Assembly (NCBI RefSeq): GCF_964194155.1
Contig: NC_135895.1
Location: 97,960,001-98,024,000, forward strand
Source: Cetorhinus maximus
Taxonomy: Eukaryota
Length of the DNA: 64,000 bases
Reading direction: 5' to 3'
Part shown: positions 1 to 13,206 of the stretch, piece by piece
Position numbering within the stretch: position 1 is the stretch's first letter
How the letters are laid out: every line of letters begins with the position of its first letter
Made by a program: the position numbers and the translations under genes
The notes under the pieces: generated by a model
Told to the model about the DNA's origin: nothing
Database searches by the model: none
What the model saw: only the letters and a program-made list of their open reading frames with translations

Positions 1-694
1 ACACTTTCTTGTAATTTGACTTTTAATGTTTTAGCACAATTTCCCTCACTTCATTCAGCTTGCATTTTTAGAGGTCCATGCTCTTGAGGTGGATCCAAAT
101 TCATTTAGCTTGACAAGAAAATATTGCAGTTACAACCCAGAATTTTCAATTAAGTTTACTTTCCTCTTCAGAAAGCAAGGTGCTAAAATTTTAACTTGGA
201 TAGTGTTGTTTCATTGGTGTTAAAAGTGCTGGTGTTCTTTGGATCCCTTTTGTTTTATTTACAACCTAGATAGCTGTTGCATTTGGTAACAAAAGCCTGG
301 AAACTAATGTGACTGGCGCTATCACATGAATGATTGATGTGACCATATCAGATTCCTCTTTCCACTATTTGACAATAAATGGGTTAATACTTCCATTTAA
401 AATAAGAGGGAGGAATTCATTGTGCACATTATGTATTTCTCCATTGACATTTACTTAAGTAATTTCAGGCTAAATTCTTGATAAAACACATTACAAAATA
501 GTGGCTAACTAAATGGGTTGTAGAAAGTGTTTTGCATGTTGATTCATGCTGCAACAAGCCTGCTCTAATATATAATGATTTCTTCTTGATGCTAGAATTT
601 ATGAAGAATTCCATATCATTTTATGTGCTAATCTAGCATAATCCATTTTTATGTGTAGAAGTATATGCTCCTACATCTTATGGTCTTATTTTAA

Positions 695-832
695 TCAGTA
701 AGGGAATAAAGGGTTATGGGGAAAATGCAGGAAAGTGGAATTGAGGATTATCAGATTAGCCATGATCTCATTGAATGGTGGAGCAGACTCGATGGGCCGA
801 ATGGTCTACCTCTGCTCCTGCGTCTTATGGTT
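695..832 (+). mobile_element. CR1-type LINE 3' tail fragment
   Basis: GATTAGCCATGATCTCATTGAATGGTGGAGCAGACTCGATGGGCCGAATGG..CTCCTG motif, shared with other CR1 ends in the window (6740-6820, 15480-15560, and reversed at 47450-47560). Confidence 0.75.
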
Positions 833-1098
833 AGATCATCTATTATGATGTTGGTTTACGAATGGAATTTCTGCTTGATGAGCATTGCTGTAACAATTAC
901 TTCCAAACTCTTTTCTGTTATATTACGTGGTTTTGGAATCACTCAAGATTAACCATATTTGTGTGCAGATAGTGTTTAGCACAGTGGACTAGAACACATA
1001 TTTCCATGACCTCAAAAGCTCAGCAGGCATTTTGCTGTAGGTTCAGAATTGTAAAAGTTAACCTGTATTTTGAAATACCCATTTTAATCTGTTAATTC

Positions 1099-1981
1099 TG
1101 TTACGATGTGGCAGGTGGTATGTGCCTGGCGCACCAAATCCACAAGGGAAACTTGGCCACGCTATCACAACGGTTTTTCAATTTGTATTTATTACGAGAA
1201 GATTTGTGCACTGGATTCAGAAAGTCCTCTAACACCTTTTAGAGATTTTAAAATTAAATTAAAGTATTTATTAACAAAAGAAAATAATTCAAACACATAC
1301 ATAAGGTTACAGTTACTTAATATTATAATAAATCCCAAAATTCCTAATTAACTTGACTCCCAACTACACACCCCCTTTAAAGCAACAGTCCAAAATAGAT
1401 TTTAAATTTAAATAGGCAATCCAGCAAGGTTACCACAACACCCACTTGACACTGGGATTCCAAAGGCTTTTTAACACCACTTTAGTTACTGAAGCAGCAC
1501 TTCTTCTGAGTGGCCAGAGGCTTCATCCAAGTCTGTTTCACATGGTGTACCATTCAATATTTTACATGTCCACCCCCACATAGTCTTCCATCCTTTATAT
1601 ATGTTTCTCTTTCTCTTTAATGTGTAAAATCCCATTGTTCTACATATCTTTGGAAATTTACTTTTCCCATAATATAAAAATAAACTTATTGCTTTGCCTC
1701 TCGTATCTTGCGAGTTGTAAACATTACGCCATCCCTTTGAAAATCAAACAACCCCTTCACTTATCTAAAAATGCAAATTTCATTCACAGCCTATCTGTAG
1801 AACCCTCATCCCAGCTTATCCATCTCCATTTCAAAAGTCTGCTTTACACCTACTCTTTTGATAATTCCAATCTTTTAGTCTAATTATTTCTGTTTTAATT
1901 AAATCAGTCATACAAACAGAATAATCCACACTCACAACCATAAGCCTACAGTAATATGAAAAATATGATAGTTTCATGACA
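1099..1981. mobile_element. Probable solo LTR (about 880 bp)
   Basis: Termini TGTTACGA...TCATGACA (TG..CA, 6/8 inverted). Flanks ATTC/ATTG suggest a decayed 4-bp TSD. No coding capacity. Confidence 0.55.
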
Positions 1982-4911
1982 ATTGAGTGGATAGGATACA
2001 GACTTATGTTCCTTGATTTGATATTTTGTTAACTGTAATATAATCATCCTATTGCTTACTACTTCTGATTATAATTCCAATTTTTTTGAGCAGAGAAACC
2101 ATTAGATTATGAAGTAAGCAACAAATTTTGTCTTCTGCTTGAAAATTTTAAACATGTGTAGCAAAGTTACTTGCTGTCCAAGTACAATACAATATGAAAT
2201 TCTGTGTTTCAAATGACCCAATTATAGCCCCAAGAATTGTTTTGATCACTTGCTAATTTTCCAAAATCAGTACTAAATTTATCTAATTTTGACATTAAAA
2301 TGTTATACCCAAAGTTCGTGAACGAATGGCGCTGAATCAACCCATGGTTGTTACCAGTGATAGAACAGTTTTCAATTGTTTCTATGCAAATACAACAAAA
2401 TACTGTAGTTTTGGAAGTCTGCTTTCTAGATTGTTCCCCTTGTGATATTGCTATCAAATGCTATTAATTCACCAACCTAAGTCCACCTGACACGGAGCAG
2501 AAGTGCATTCCTACTCAGGCCCTGACACCAACCCCCCCCAACCCCACCTGCTGCTGGAGTGAGGAGGAGGACTAGGAAGAGAGAAGCCAACAGAGGGAAA
2601 AAATGATTTGGAGGGAATGGCAGATTTACCAAAAGAATCCAAGGCAACCTGATGATGATATTTGAGCATAAAGCACCTCAGAGTGCAACATGATGTATGT
2701 TGATAACTCTAATACCATTGCTCTGTCTGTATGTAATGATCATATTGAAATGATTGTAATATTCATTAATTGTATTGAAACACCTCATGACCCATGTGTA
2801 AAAGTTGAATCTGATTGCACTTTTTTTTATAGTGATAGTGAAATGTTTTGTAATGTTCTTTCAGATATTTTATGAATAAAGTATATTTTTTGGAAAAAAA
2901 TATTTGAACATAAAGCGAAACAGAGTGAAAGAGAGAGATGGAAATAATTACTGTGAAACAAGCAGTGGCAGTTAGAAGTAAATAATCACTAGTTTGTGAC
3001 CAATGCAAGAAATATGAACTAATGTATAGGAAACAGTGATTACCATGGGAACCATGTAATGAATACTACTCTTTTGTATTCCTTAAACTTGACTATCTTC
3101 CCATTTGTTTGTAAGCTATTTCTGCTGAACATTTTTAATTCGGTCCCTCCACCATTATAATCCTGCTTTTAAGCTGACAATTTGACAGATGTTCCTAACA
3201 AGAGGTTACATGTAAAGCTGATTATATTTTCAGCAAAGGTGCTGATACATGGCATATGGATTGTTTTTCCTTTAACTCCTGAAATATGCTGGCATTTCTC
3301 TTGTACTGGAGTTGAAGTGTCCTTTAACCCCTTGTTCGTAAATATTTGGAATCATTTTCTCACTGTTTTTGCAAGGCATCATCTAACTGTCTCAGCCTAT
3401 CTTGTCATGTAAATTGGCCAAACAGCAATTCCACTAATTAGGTAGAATGGGATTGCAAATTGAAATGTTTCAACAGATAAGAGGAAAGGCCCTTTTTCCA
3501 ATTATGAAATGCAATCCAAAACTACTGAGCCCTACTGAAATGATTAAGTTTTCCATTTTATTATCATAGTCATGATGCATAATTCATAAGAACATGCTTT
3601 GAAATGTTTCGTATGAATGTTTTTAACTTGTGTTGGCTTTGTGTTTGATGAGTATGACATAATATAAACTGCAGATACGATGAAGTAATGCATGCTACCA
3701 GATCTTTATGTAGAAACCTATCCAGGTAAGCTTGCCGGTGTCCATACACCTATGTCTACTTGATTATATCCTCCTGCTCTCTGCAGACAATACAATGGTC
3801 AGTGAAGAAAAGAAAAATCAATCCAGTTTTATGCTTGGTATACTTCATCACCGACTTTAACAAATAATACTTTGGATAATTTGGCAGCTTGTTGTAGTCA
3901 ATGCATATGTGCTTTTGTCTTTAAAACAGGGGAAAAAATCAACTGAAACGAGCTGAATCTAATTGACGTTTGAATGAATCAGTCTCTTAAATGAAAAAAT
4001 AAGTCAGCATAATTTTGGCAGTAACATTTAAATATATATTAAAGAAATGACTGCACGTTTAAATCTATATGGTTGCCAGAGTTACTTTACTACTAGTAGA
4101 AATAAATTGTCTAGTTTGGTTCAATTTTCCATTCTTATATTTTGAAAACTTTACTTGATGCTTAACAGAGAAAGTGCCTTGGTTTTGTACCATAAAAATT
4201 CTAACTATCATTATTCTTCATCTAACTATAATTTAAAGCATGGGTTAAGCAGAACAAAATAAATCTTTAGGATGAACTTCCTATTGAGTTGGTAGAAATT
4301 TAAGGAATGAAATCCAACATACAAAGTTGTGTAAATTTCTGCAGCATATCACTGCAACTATAATAGGCTATTGCAGAGAATTTTGTTTTGCTGTATTGTC
4401 ACTTCTAGGATACTTGTCATTTTTAGGACAACCGTGATTACCCTTTTTAAATGAGAGAATAAAATTCCAGAGCTTTTCATAGGAACCCTTAAAACAAGTG
4501 AAGGTTTTGCTGTTATTACTTGGCAAAATTTCCGTGATTACATGAAATTCCTGTCTTCATTTTAGTCATTGATGTTTTTATTTGCTGGCAGTCATTAAGG
4601 GTTATGTATATGAGCCGTAGGTTTATTTATGCAAACATTCTTTTGTTTCCTTTTTCAGATTACAGTTGAAGGAACTGGGGCCACCATTACAAGAAATCAC
4701 AAGACCTTTTGTGAGCTGAAACAATTTTTCATAGTTCTGAAGAAGAACAATGAAGCAAGAGCTTAGCATGTAATCAGCATTCCCAAAACTATCATACTTA
4801 TGGAGCCTAGATCTTGAGCATTTAATTGAATTTTCTTAAATTAAAAGAGGAATTGGCATTCTTCTGGAGCCTACAGTGGATATGTTTAGCATTGTCATAT
4901 AATGCAACTGA

Positions 4912-4970
4912 ATGGATGCAAATGATGTTTTAGTTGGTCTGCGTGAACACCCCTATCATATTCGCTACAG
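4912..4970 (+). CDS. GPSM2: GPSM2 coding exon 1 (MDANDVLVGLREHPYHIRY-R); the exon probably starts at 4659 as 5' UTR
   Basis: Resembles the vertebrate GPSM2 N-terminus (..HVRYRMEASC). Donor AG|GTAGG at 4971, phase 2, matching the next exon. Polypyrimidine tract plus AG acceptor at 4657-4658. Confidence 0.88.
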
Positions 4971-5733
4971 GTAGGATTTTTTTTCCATTTTTGGGATAAC
5001 TAGTAAATTGTATAAATTTGATTTGAATATTTTCATTCAATTTGTGATTTATTATGGTGATAAAGCAATAAAATATTTGCCTCATAACTTAGCAGTGTTT
5101 TTTTAAAAAAACCCTGCCTTTAAACAGAATCTTGTATCTCTAACAGTAAAAGTGTACAATTGGTCCTAAAGTACAATTCCCCCTTCTTCAATTTTTTTTC
5201 CCATTCCTCACAGTTTCTCTTCCCTTTTATTTTCCCCCATGATTTAAATATCTCCTGAAATGGCTTGGCAGAGAGAGAAACTATAAATCTATTTTGTGTA
5301 TGGCACCAATCCTATAAATTTTTGTTTTATTTTTAAGGTTGCATAATTTCAACAAAAATACAAGCTGATCTTCCACATATTAAATTTCAGTATCCCTCCA
5401 CTATGCCGCGACCGCCCACACCCAATATTTATAAAGAAAACAACCTAGGTAAACTCATGCTGTAACTACACCATCCTGTCAGTGGAGGTTTTGCAGGTGG
5501 GTGTAATTACAATATGACATTTGCATAAGCATTCCAGCATTTACTGTTTATATTTCAGATTTCCTGCATCCATTGTAATTTGCCTTTTAGAAATTTGGAC
5601 ATTAATAAGGACAATGTATGATTTTAAAATTTAAACTAATTTATCTCTGCATACTTGTCCCAGTCACCCTGTGCACATTGTGAGAGATGACTATATCCCC
5701 TTATTTTTTTTTCCATCTTGTTTTACTACCAAG

Positions 5734-7054
5734 GGCCACAGTTTCTGTAGTCTGTACTTCATCTAAAGTGTCTCATTTCTGGTAAAATCTTGTTCTTTCT
5801 AAAGACCCGGAATTGTACACATTGGCCCAGATCTTCTGGTCAATGATAATGCTGGGTGTATTGTTGCTGCTCGTGAATCTTTCTGCACCCTGCAATACTG
5901 CCCATTTTCAGCCGGGACTTCCAATCCAGGCTGCAATGAAATGGACCAGTGCAGCCTGTCCAGGGTAAGTCTGACGAGCGAAATAGAAGACAGATGAAGA
6001 GAGGATATGCCCTCTTTTTATGACACTAGCTGCCACATTCAGGTAAGTTTTTTTTTTAAGGGTTCCAAGTCTTTTAATGAATGATTGTGGGTTAGTGAAT
6101 GGATGGGTGGGCAGTTGGGTCTAGATGCCAATGGATAACCCAATAGCTCCAGCTGTAGATGAGCCCTAATATAGAATGTTCTGGGTCTGACCTCTAACTT
6201 CAGTATCATTCATAAACACATTTTACCACTTCTTGTGAAGCCACTAAATTAAATTACCCTCAACAGCACTCATGCTGTTTTACACAAATTACAGAAGAAT
6301 GCAGAAAGGTAAAGACAACCTTAGTTCAGATTATCCTGTCCCTCCCAGCTGAAATGAAAAATCAGCTCAGCATTTGGGAAGCGACGAGTTAGAAGTAGGT
6401 TGGGTCGGTTGGCAAGGGGATAGGGAGGGGTACCGAATTTGAGGGGGGTAGCTGGGAGAGAGAGTTGGGGGAGTGGGTTCTGGTGCTCAGTTAAATTAAG
6501 CTGGCTAATCTCTGAGTTAGACCAAGTGTTAATCAGCACAAAAATTACAAGGTAAGCACTACTAAGTTAGGACTGAGATGAGGAGAAATTTCTTCACCCA
6601 GAGAGTGGTGAGCCTGTGGAATTCACTACCAGTGAAAGTAGTTGAGGCCAAAACATTGTATGTTTTCAAGAAGGAGTTAGATATAGCTCTTGGGACGAAA
6701 GGGATCCAAAGATATGGGGAGAAAGTGGGAGCAGGCTATTGAGTTGGATGATCAGCTATGATCATAATGAATGGCAGAGCAGGCTCAAAGGGCCGAATGT
6801 CCCACTCCTGCTCCTATTTTCCACGTTTACCCAGGTAAGTTCTGCATATCTGGCCCAAGTCTCCAAGCCTGTGCTGAATGTCTGAGGTATTTGCAGAAGG
6901 TCCAGAGCATTGGATATTGGAAAACTTCCCAGGCAATCTCAGAATGTGTGTGTACATCAAGACTTCTGCAGGGTTCCAATGCACATCATGGACTCAAGTC
7001 CAGGTTTTGCAGCTCTGGGTATCGGAAGATTTGGGCCAATATAAAACTGTGGCC
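5734..7054. mobile_element. Nested pair of decayed non-autonomous TIR elements (Harbinger-like) with a CR1 3' fragment inside (about 6560-6825)
   Basis: Outer TIR GGCCACAGTTT at 5734 pairs with AAACTGTGGCC at 7044-7054. Inner TIR GGCCCAGATCTTC at 5824 pairs with GAAGATTTGGGCC at 7025-7037. TSDs are not clean. Confidence 0.5.
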
Positions 7055-8899
7055 TAACTAGTGATTTGTCTGTTTTGGTATTGCCTCTATTATAGTTTTA
7101 TCAACTTGTCTAAAAGAATTGCATTAATATGAACATTGATCCTCGCTTGGCACAGCGATGAACATTTCTAGTTAAGCAAATAAATTAGTGGCTTTGTTAC
7201 ATCTGCTGGCTAAGGAAAATGGTGAATTGAAACTCTACAAAGGTGAGGCAATAAACTCGGCCGCTTACGTTTGAGTGGTAAGTCTTTAGAGATTGATTTT
7301 GTCTTTCACATCCTTGATCGAGTGATATTCATCTTTCTGAAAAGCAACAAAGAAATACAGCTATAATTAGAGCCTCATTTGTTAATGCCGAGAGCTCTGA
7401 ATATACCCACTTCACTCATACTAGTATTTTGGTGCACTAATCTAAATGAGGATGGCACTAGTCATTTTTTGACAGTTTTTTTTATTCTGTCGAAGCTCCG
7501 TTCTGCATAGCTCCAATTTTTTTTTAATATTAGGTGCAATTTGTTTTCTTCAAAGAAAAACTCAATCTGTTTGATTTAATGGTGTAAACAGGTGAAGATT
7601 AACACGTAATTTGGTGTCCTTTACTCTACATGGATGCCAATGATGCTGCATTTTATGTGTGTAAATTTGAATTAATGAATTGGGATTGCAATTTGAAACA
7701 ACTACTTTTTAATTCATGTCACCTTCAAAGCAGCACTATAATCACATTGATTTAGAATTTTTTTTCAACAAAGCAAAAACAACAGGTTTGGCTGTAGATT
7801 TTGCAGTAAGGTAGCTTCACCCAACCTTGCTGAAATTTGTTTTTGCCTGCAATATCTGACACAGTAGTCTTTTGAGCTGTTGAATGATGGTTTAGAATCC
7901 ATTGTGTTGGTGGAATTGAGTGTTGTCATTCAACAGCTTGGATTGCAAACTAGCCCATGTACTTGACCCGTATTAAAATTAAACAGGAACACGCAATCAT
8001 GATTTTGAAACACTGGCTCTTTAAGCCACATTTATAGTCTTTGATTGTATGCCATGCTATTTTGGCAAAGTGCTGATTGAGATCAGTGCTTTCCTCCATG
8101 GGGGTGGCAGGTGGAATGCTATCTAGCAATTTCAGGGAATTGATACACCGAAACTAGCAGTGGGTTGCTTGGGCTGCATCATGGGGAATTGAGGGAAATG
8201 AAGGATTGGCCTGAAATTTGTGCAAGCATTCTTGGCACACTTCCAGAAGTTAGAAATGCTGCAGAAAGTCTGAGAATTGGACTCAACTTTCAAGTTTTTG
8301 GAGGGGGCCTGTTTGCAATGGAACTCTCATCCACTCAAACATGGGCCAGAGTTTTTAGCTCGGCATGCAAGCGTGCACCTGACATGCCTGAGCGTGAAAT
8401 AAAGTGTGTTGGCGTCAGCCAAGTGTGCCGATGTCAATGCGCACTTTCGCGATTTTTCGCTAGGCGGGCGCATGATGAAGATGGAGGTGCGCCCGCCATT
8501 AGTTAAGTGGCCAGTTAAGGCCCTTGAGACACCAATTGTCTCAGAGTTTACGTAGCCAGTGCGATTTTTCAGGCCGTCTCACAGACTAAACAGGCAGGTG
8601 GGCAGGCCACAGTTTCAAAAACCTCATCCATGGGCGGAATAAGAGGGGTCAGTGAGCTTGTAAATGTGAGTAGTTTGTAGTTTTGGGTATAACTTGCTGT
8701 TGGTTGCTTGCGTGAGCCAGACATCACCATTTCACTTCAGAGCTGCTTTGACAGAAATAAGAGGCTTTAGTTCAGGACTCAGTGTTGTTTTCCAGGTCCC
8801 TGGAGCATTCGTACCACTTGGGCCTTCCAGATAGCAGACAGCATTCCCTTACCCTGGTAATAGAGATTGTGGTCTCTGCTGGAGGCACATCCTCTGAGG

Positions 8900-10060
8900 A
8901 AGAAGAGTGGGCCAGAATGGGGAGAAGGCCAGATGTTCCTATTCAGCCTGCAGTGGAGCGACCTGTTGGCCCTGCGCCTCTCCTCCCACAGGAAGTCCAA
9001 GGCGGAAAGGGCTGCAGAAGACACCACTTTCCTGCTGCCAGGGTTTATAGGCGGTGATGCAGCTACCTCAATATGTCTGAGGTGCAATGCCGAAGGAGGC
9101 TCCGCCTCTCAGGGGAGACAGTGACCTCCATTTGCCAGAGGATCAGCTCCAACTGTGTGGGTGGACACCCCATGCCAGTGATGCTGGAGGCCACAGTGGC
9201 CCTCAACTTCTATGTCCCCGGCTCTTTCCAGGGCTCAGTTGGAGTGTGGAGTCCTGTATGGAGTCTCCCAATCAGCTGTCCACAGTTGCATCAAGCTGGT
9301 GACAGACACTATGTTCAGGTGTGCATTGACTTTCATTCACTACCGTACGGATGAGGCCAGCCAGGCAGAGTGAGCCAGAGGCTTTGCAGTGATTGCTGGG
9401 TTCTCCCACGTCCAGGATGCAATCTACTGCATGCATGTGGCCATCAAGGCGCCAGTGGGTGAGCCGAGTGCCTTCGTCAACAGAAAGGGCTTCTGCTCCA
9501 TGAACGTGTCTGTGTCCGCTGGATGCGGCGTCTGCACGTCTGTGCAATGTACCCTGGCAGCCCCCATGACGCTTACATCCTGCGACACTCCCAGGTGCCG
9601 AGGCGCTTCATCGCTCCAGCCCGACGGGATGGATGGCTGCTGGGTGACCAGGCTATCCCATGAAAAGGTGGCTCATGACGCCTCTCCGCCACCCAAGAAC
9701 AGAGGCCGAGCAGCAGTACAACAAGAGCCATTCCTCCGCAAGGGCGGTGGTAGAGAGAACCAAAGATCGCCTTAAGATGCGCTTCCGATGCCTGGACCAT
9801 TCGGGCCCCCGAATGGAGTGCGCCCCACGCTCCAATACCCCCCAGATTGTGTGTCACTGATAGTGGTTGCATGCTGCGCCTTCCACAACCTGGCACTGGA
9901 AAGGGGGGATGCAGTGGCTCAGGCAACAGACAATGAGCCCAGTAGTGAGTCAGAGGATGAGCACGATCAGGAGAACACTGAGGGCATAGATGCTGACCTG
10001 GGCAACCTCCAGGGAGGCAGAGACACCTGGGATGCTTTGATCCAATGCTCCTTCAGCTAG
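8900..10060 (+). pseudogene. HARBI1-like DDE transposase remnant with frameshifts
   Basis: Motifs spread across frames: RLRLSGETV, VALNFY..GSFQ, IAGFSHVQDAIYCMHVAIKAP..FVNRKGF (first catalytic D of GAIDCTH reads Y), PGSPHDAYIL, GWLLGD, YNKSH..AR.VVER...[15 protein letters not shown]. Confidence 0.88.
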
Positions 10061-10369
10061 CCTACCAAATAAGAGCCACCACCACATGCCAGGGCTACAG
10101 GCTCCATACTCAATCAACATACACCATGTGCCATTTGAATAAAGTTTAAGAAGAAACACGTCCATCATAACATCATGGCTCACCCTGCACCTGCAGAACA
10201 AATAAAGCATCCAGAGGCTAGTTGCACAAGAACACATTTAATTAAATGGTGCCTGGCATACATTCTACAAATTAGCATTGACAGGTGTTTTCCATCACAC
10301 CAATAAACAATGAATGGAAAAAAAAATATCACCCATGATCAGGCCGTGTTGTGATTAAGCTGCTTTAAG

Positions 10370-12115
10370 ATTTTGCTGGCGGGTGCTACGTCTAGGTGCT
10401 CCCTCCTTGTTGGCACTGGTATTGGAGACAGCCTGCTCACTCTGCTGTCCTGTTGGCCTTGATTACTTCGGGCATCCTTTGGCCCGTGGAGCCTGTGCTG
10501 GCCCCGCCTGGGAGGGAGTGGCCAGTGTCATGGCTGGCATCTCCCCAGTCGCCGCAGCCTCATCGGATGCCACGATCACTGGCAGAGGAGCTGCTGCCCT
10601 CATCCGGAGCACCCTGAGAGGAGCCCACAGGGATGACAGGCAGCTCATGCGCCAATGTGAGGCCGCTCTGGATCTCCCTGCTCACCATTGATGGATGGGC
10701 ACCAAGCTGGGATACTGGGTGTCCAATCCACCTGCCGCGCTGACACTGACTACCTGAGGTCATTGCTGGTGTGAGGGCATGCAGGCCTGTGCATCCCCAG
10801 GAAGCCCTGATTGAGCTCCTGGAGGAGCCTCTCCATGAGATTCACCACTCTCTCCATAGAGGAGGCAGTGCGTTCGGCCATGAGGGCCATTGCATTACTC
10901 ATGCTCTGCATGGACTCCTCCACAACGGAGACATGGCATGCATTCCCTCATGTATCTCCGCCAGATCCTCCCGCAAACCCTGCTGTATGTCCAGCATCTG
11001 CTGCCTCATGGACGACTCCAGAGGCACATGATCAGCCATCGACTGAGCATTGTCCTGGTCCCCAGCCGGCGCCTTGGCCACTATCTGCCTCCGCCTGCAC
11101 CTCAAGCATGTGTGAAGTGCCCTCACCAATGTGCACCAAGATAGTAGCCAGTGATTTAATGTCCGTCGAGGTGCTGGTATCTGTGCTGGTGGGTGTGACG
11201 CAGGTGTGTTTTGATCGGTGCTGTCCTCAGGGGTGGGCCTTCATGCTCCTCCTCCTGAAGGTTGGGTGGTGAGGGTAAAGGAGTAACAAGGACATGTCAT
11301 TAGTTGAAGTCATCACACTGTTACTGTGCATGCCTGGCAGCCTCATGAGACAGATCATCCTGCTCTCATCTTTCAATTATCAGTGGAGATCCCAGGTTCG
11401 AGGCTCACATCAATATAGAGACTACAGGGGAATAGTTGCAATTGCCGACATTCCCACCTCAGAGCACTGCACATTCACCTCCCTGTGGCACCAGAACTTC
11501 TCCGCAGCCGCTTGACCTAGGTGCATGAGCCTCCTGCTCATAATTAGTGAGGATTAGTAGGTGTGGCGGCTCCCCCCCAGTACGCAACCTCTCTGCATTG
11601 TTATGGGATGTTTTCTCCTGAAAGGGGAGAGGAGCATTGATTAGTCCACTCTCTACCTGCAGTGCCATTGCAGCCTGACCAACCTCTCCTGAGGAATAAG
11701 TCGTAAGGCTCAGCCGATTCATGACTCTGGAGCTGCAAGGCACTCGGTCCAAGCAGCTGGGGCTCACCCTCTTGCCCAGATACTGCCTCATTGACATTTG
11801 CCACTCACACTCTAACACCTCTTGAGGCCCATGGGGGGATGGGCAGCTCTGAACTGCTTTACAAAGTGACCCATGCCAACACGTTGCTCACCCTTCCCGA
11901 TTGCAGGAGATCGTTGAAGAGCTTCTGCCACTGTACCCACGTGCGCTGACTGTGGTTCCACCTCCTCCCAGGCCTTTTTGGTGAGGTGCGAAGGGGCTTC
12001 CTCCTGTCCCTGGGGACAAGGGTTTCTCTCCGCACTGCCACTTCCTTCAGGAGGGTAGCGAAGCACTCGTCTGAGAAACGCGGGGCCTACTGCCCCACAG
12101 ACTTGCCCTCCCACC
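10370..12115 (-). pseudogene. Spliced Myb/SANT-like DNA-binding gene remnant of the Harbinger element
   Basis: APRFS.E....L..EV..RRE.L...KKAWEEV...RTWVQ..K.FNDL, donor GTGAG at 11891, acceptor before 11617, then EKTSHNNAERLRTGG. This is typical of Harbinger ORF2 (NAIF1/MSANTD-like). Confidence 0.8.
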
Positions 12116-13171
12116 TACAACGCTGTCCATCACGACTTCCGTGTCCTTCGGTATCAGCCTTCCAAGGGCTGCTGAGGCCGCATTTGAATCGGCCACCGGG
12201 TTGCTATTGGACCGGGCAGACATTGAGCGCCTGCCCCTTCGCTGTGTGTTAGGCTGGGTGGACCTTAATTGGCCCACCCGTGTGTGGCAGTCGGCTTCCC
12301 AACTGCCCCTGTTGAGCCCCCCACCCCCCCGCCCCAAGGGCAAAGTCCTACCCATCTCCCATGCCAAAGAGAATGTGATGGGGGAAGGGAATTCGCAGAC
12401 TTGATACTTTATTAGTTCATTTAGTTAGCTCAAAAGCTGCTAAAGTTTTTCAGGGGTACAAGCCAAGACTTTGCCTCCACCATTCAGAAAACCATACACT
12501 TGCTTTCTATGGCATATCAGCAACACAGCAGAACCCAAGCTAGGACTAAACAAGTAACAAGCCTGTGAGTTTCTTCCCTCGTCACATTCCCTTTGACAAA
12601 GGAGATAATATTTGAGCGGATGAAGCGGGTTCCATTCCAAACAGGCCCCCTCCAAAAACTTAAAATTGGAGCAAGGTAATGTTTCAGTTTTATTGCTAAT
12701 GGAGGTTGTCAATTGGGAGGCTTCCTTGAATGTAGGAACTTATTTTATAGAAACAGCTTTAAAAGTGGAGGGTTTCTACTGTCTGTGGTTAACTTTCTTC
12801 ATTTGAGCAGAAGGATGAAAGTGGCTTTATAGAAACATGGCCATCACAAACCTGTGGGTAAAGACCTCTCACTTCCTTGCTATTAGTAGTCTGGCAGTTT
12901 TACTTGCATTTGATGGTTTAAAAATTGTTTACTTAGTGTTAAGAAACTTTGGGAGAATTAAGCTACACATAATTGTGAATGTGAGTAGTACTGGGGGTAC
13001 TCCAACCATACTGACTGGAAACTTGAAGCTGCTTTCATTTTCAGTTCCATCAATGTTTACAACGGTGGGAAAAGCAAAGACAGGAGCCACGTTAAACTGC
13101 CATTTATAATGATAATCCAAAGGAACTGACTGATGTGGCTACTCTAAAGAAGATTTCTAGCTGCTAAAATA

Positions 13172-13206
13172 AACTAAAATTGCATACAACTAAAATTGCA
13201 TACAAC
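13172..13206. repeat. 16-bp tandem duplication AACTAAAATTGCATAC
   Basis: About 2.2 exact copies, read directly. Confidence 0.9.

Larger units (their letters stand above)
8344..12353 (+). mobile_element. Full-length but decayed PIF/Harbinger DNA transposon (about 4 kb) with a transposase and a convergent Myb/SANT gene
   Basis: Degenerate TIRs GGCCAGAGTTTT and AAAGTCCTACCC, flanks ATG/ATC. Two convergent gene remnants as listed separately. Confidence 0.85.

Noticed and set aside
7130-7450. Putative enhancer (FOX, SOX and E-box-like words)
   Set aside because: Short motifs in AT-rich DNA arise by chance and cannot be supported without conservation or chromatin data.
10383-11272. Dense overlapping ORFs in GC-rich blocks (also 19540-21270 and 39490-41440) as novel genes
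   Set aside because: These are expected from stop-poor GC-rich Harbinger sequence and are alternative frames of transposon remnants.
8900-12115. Domesticated HARBI1/NAIF1 host genes
   Set aside because: Frameshifts, stops, a mutated catalytic Asp, flanking TIRs and multiple local copies indicate decayed transposons.
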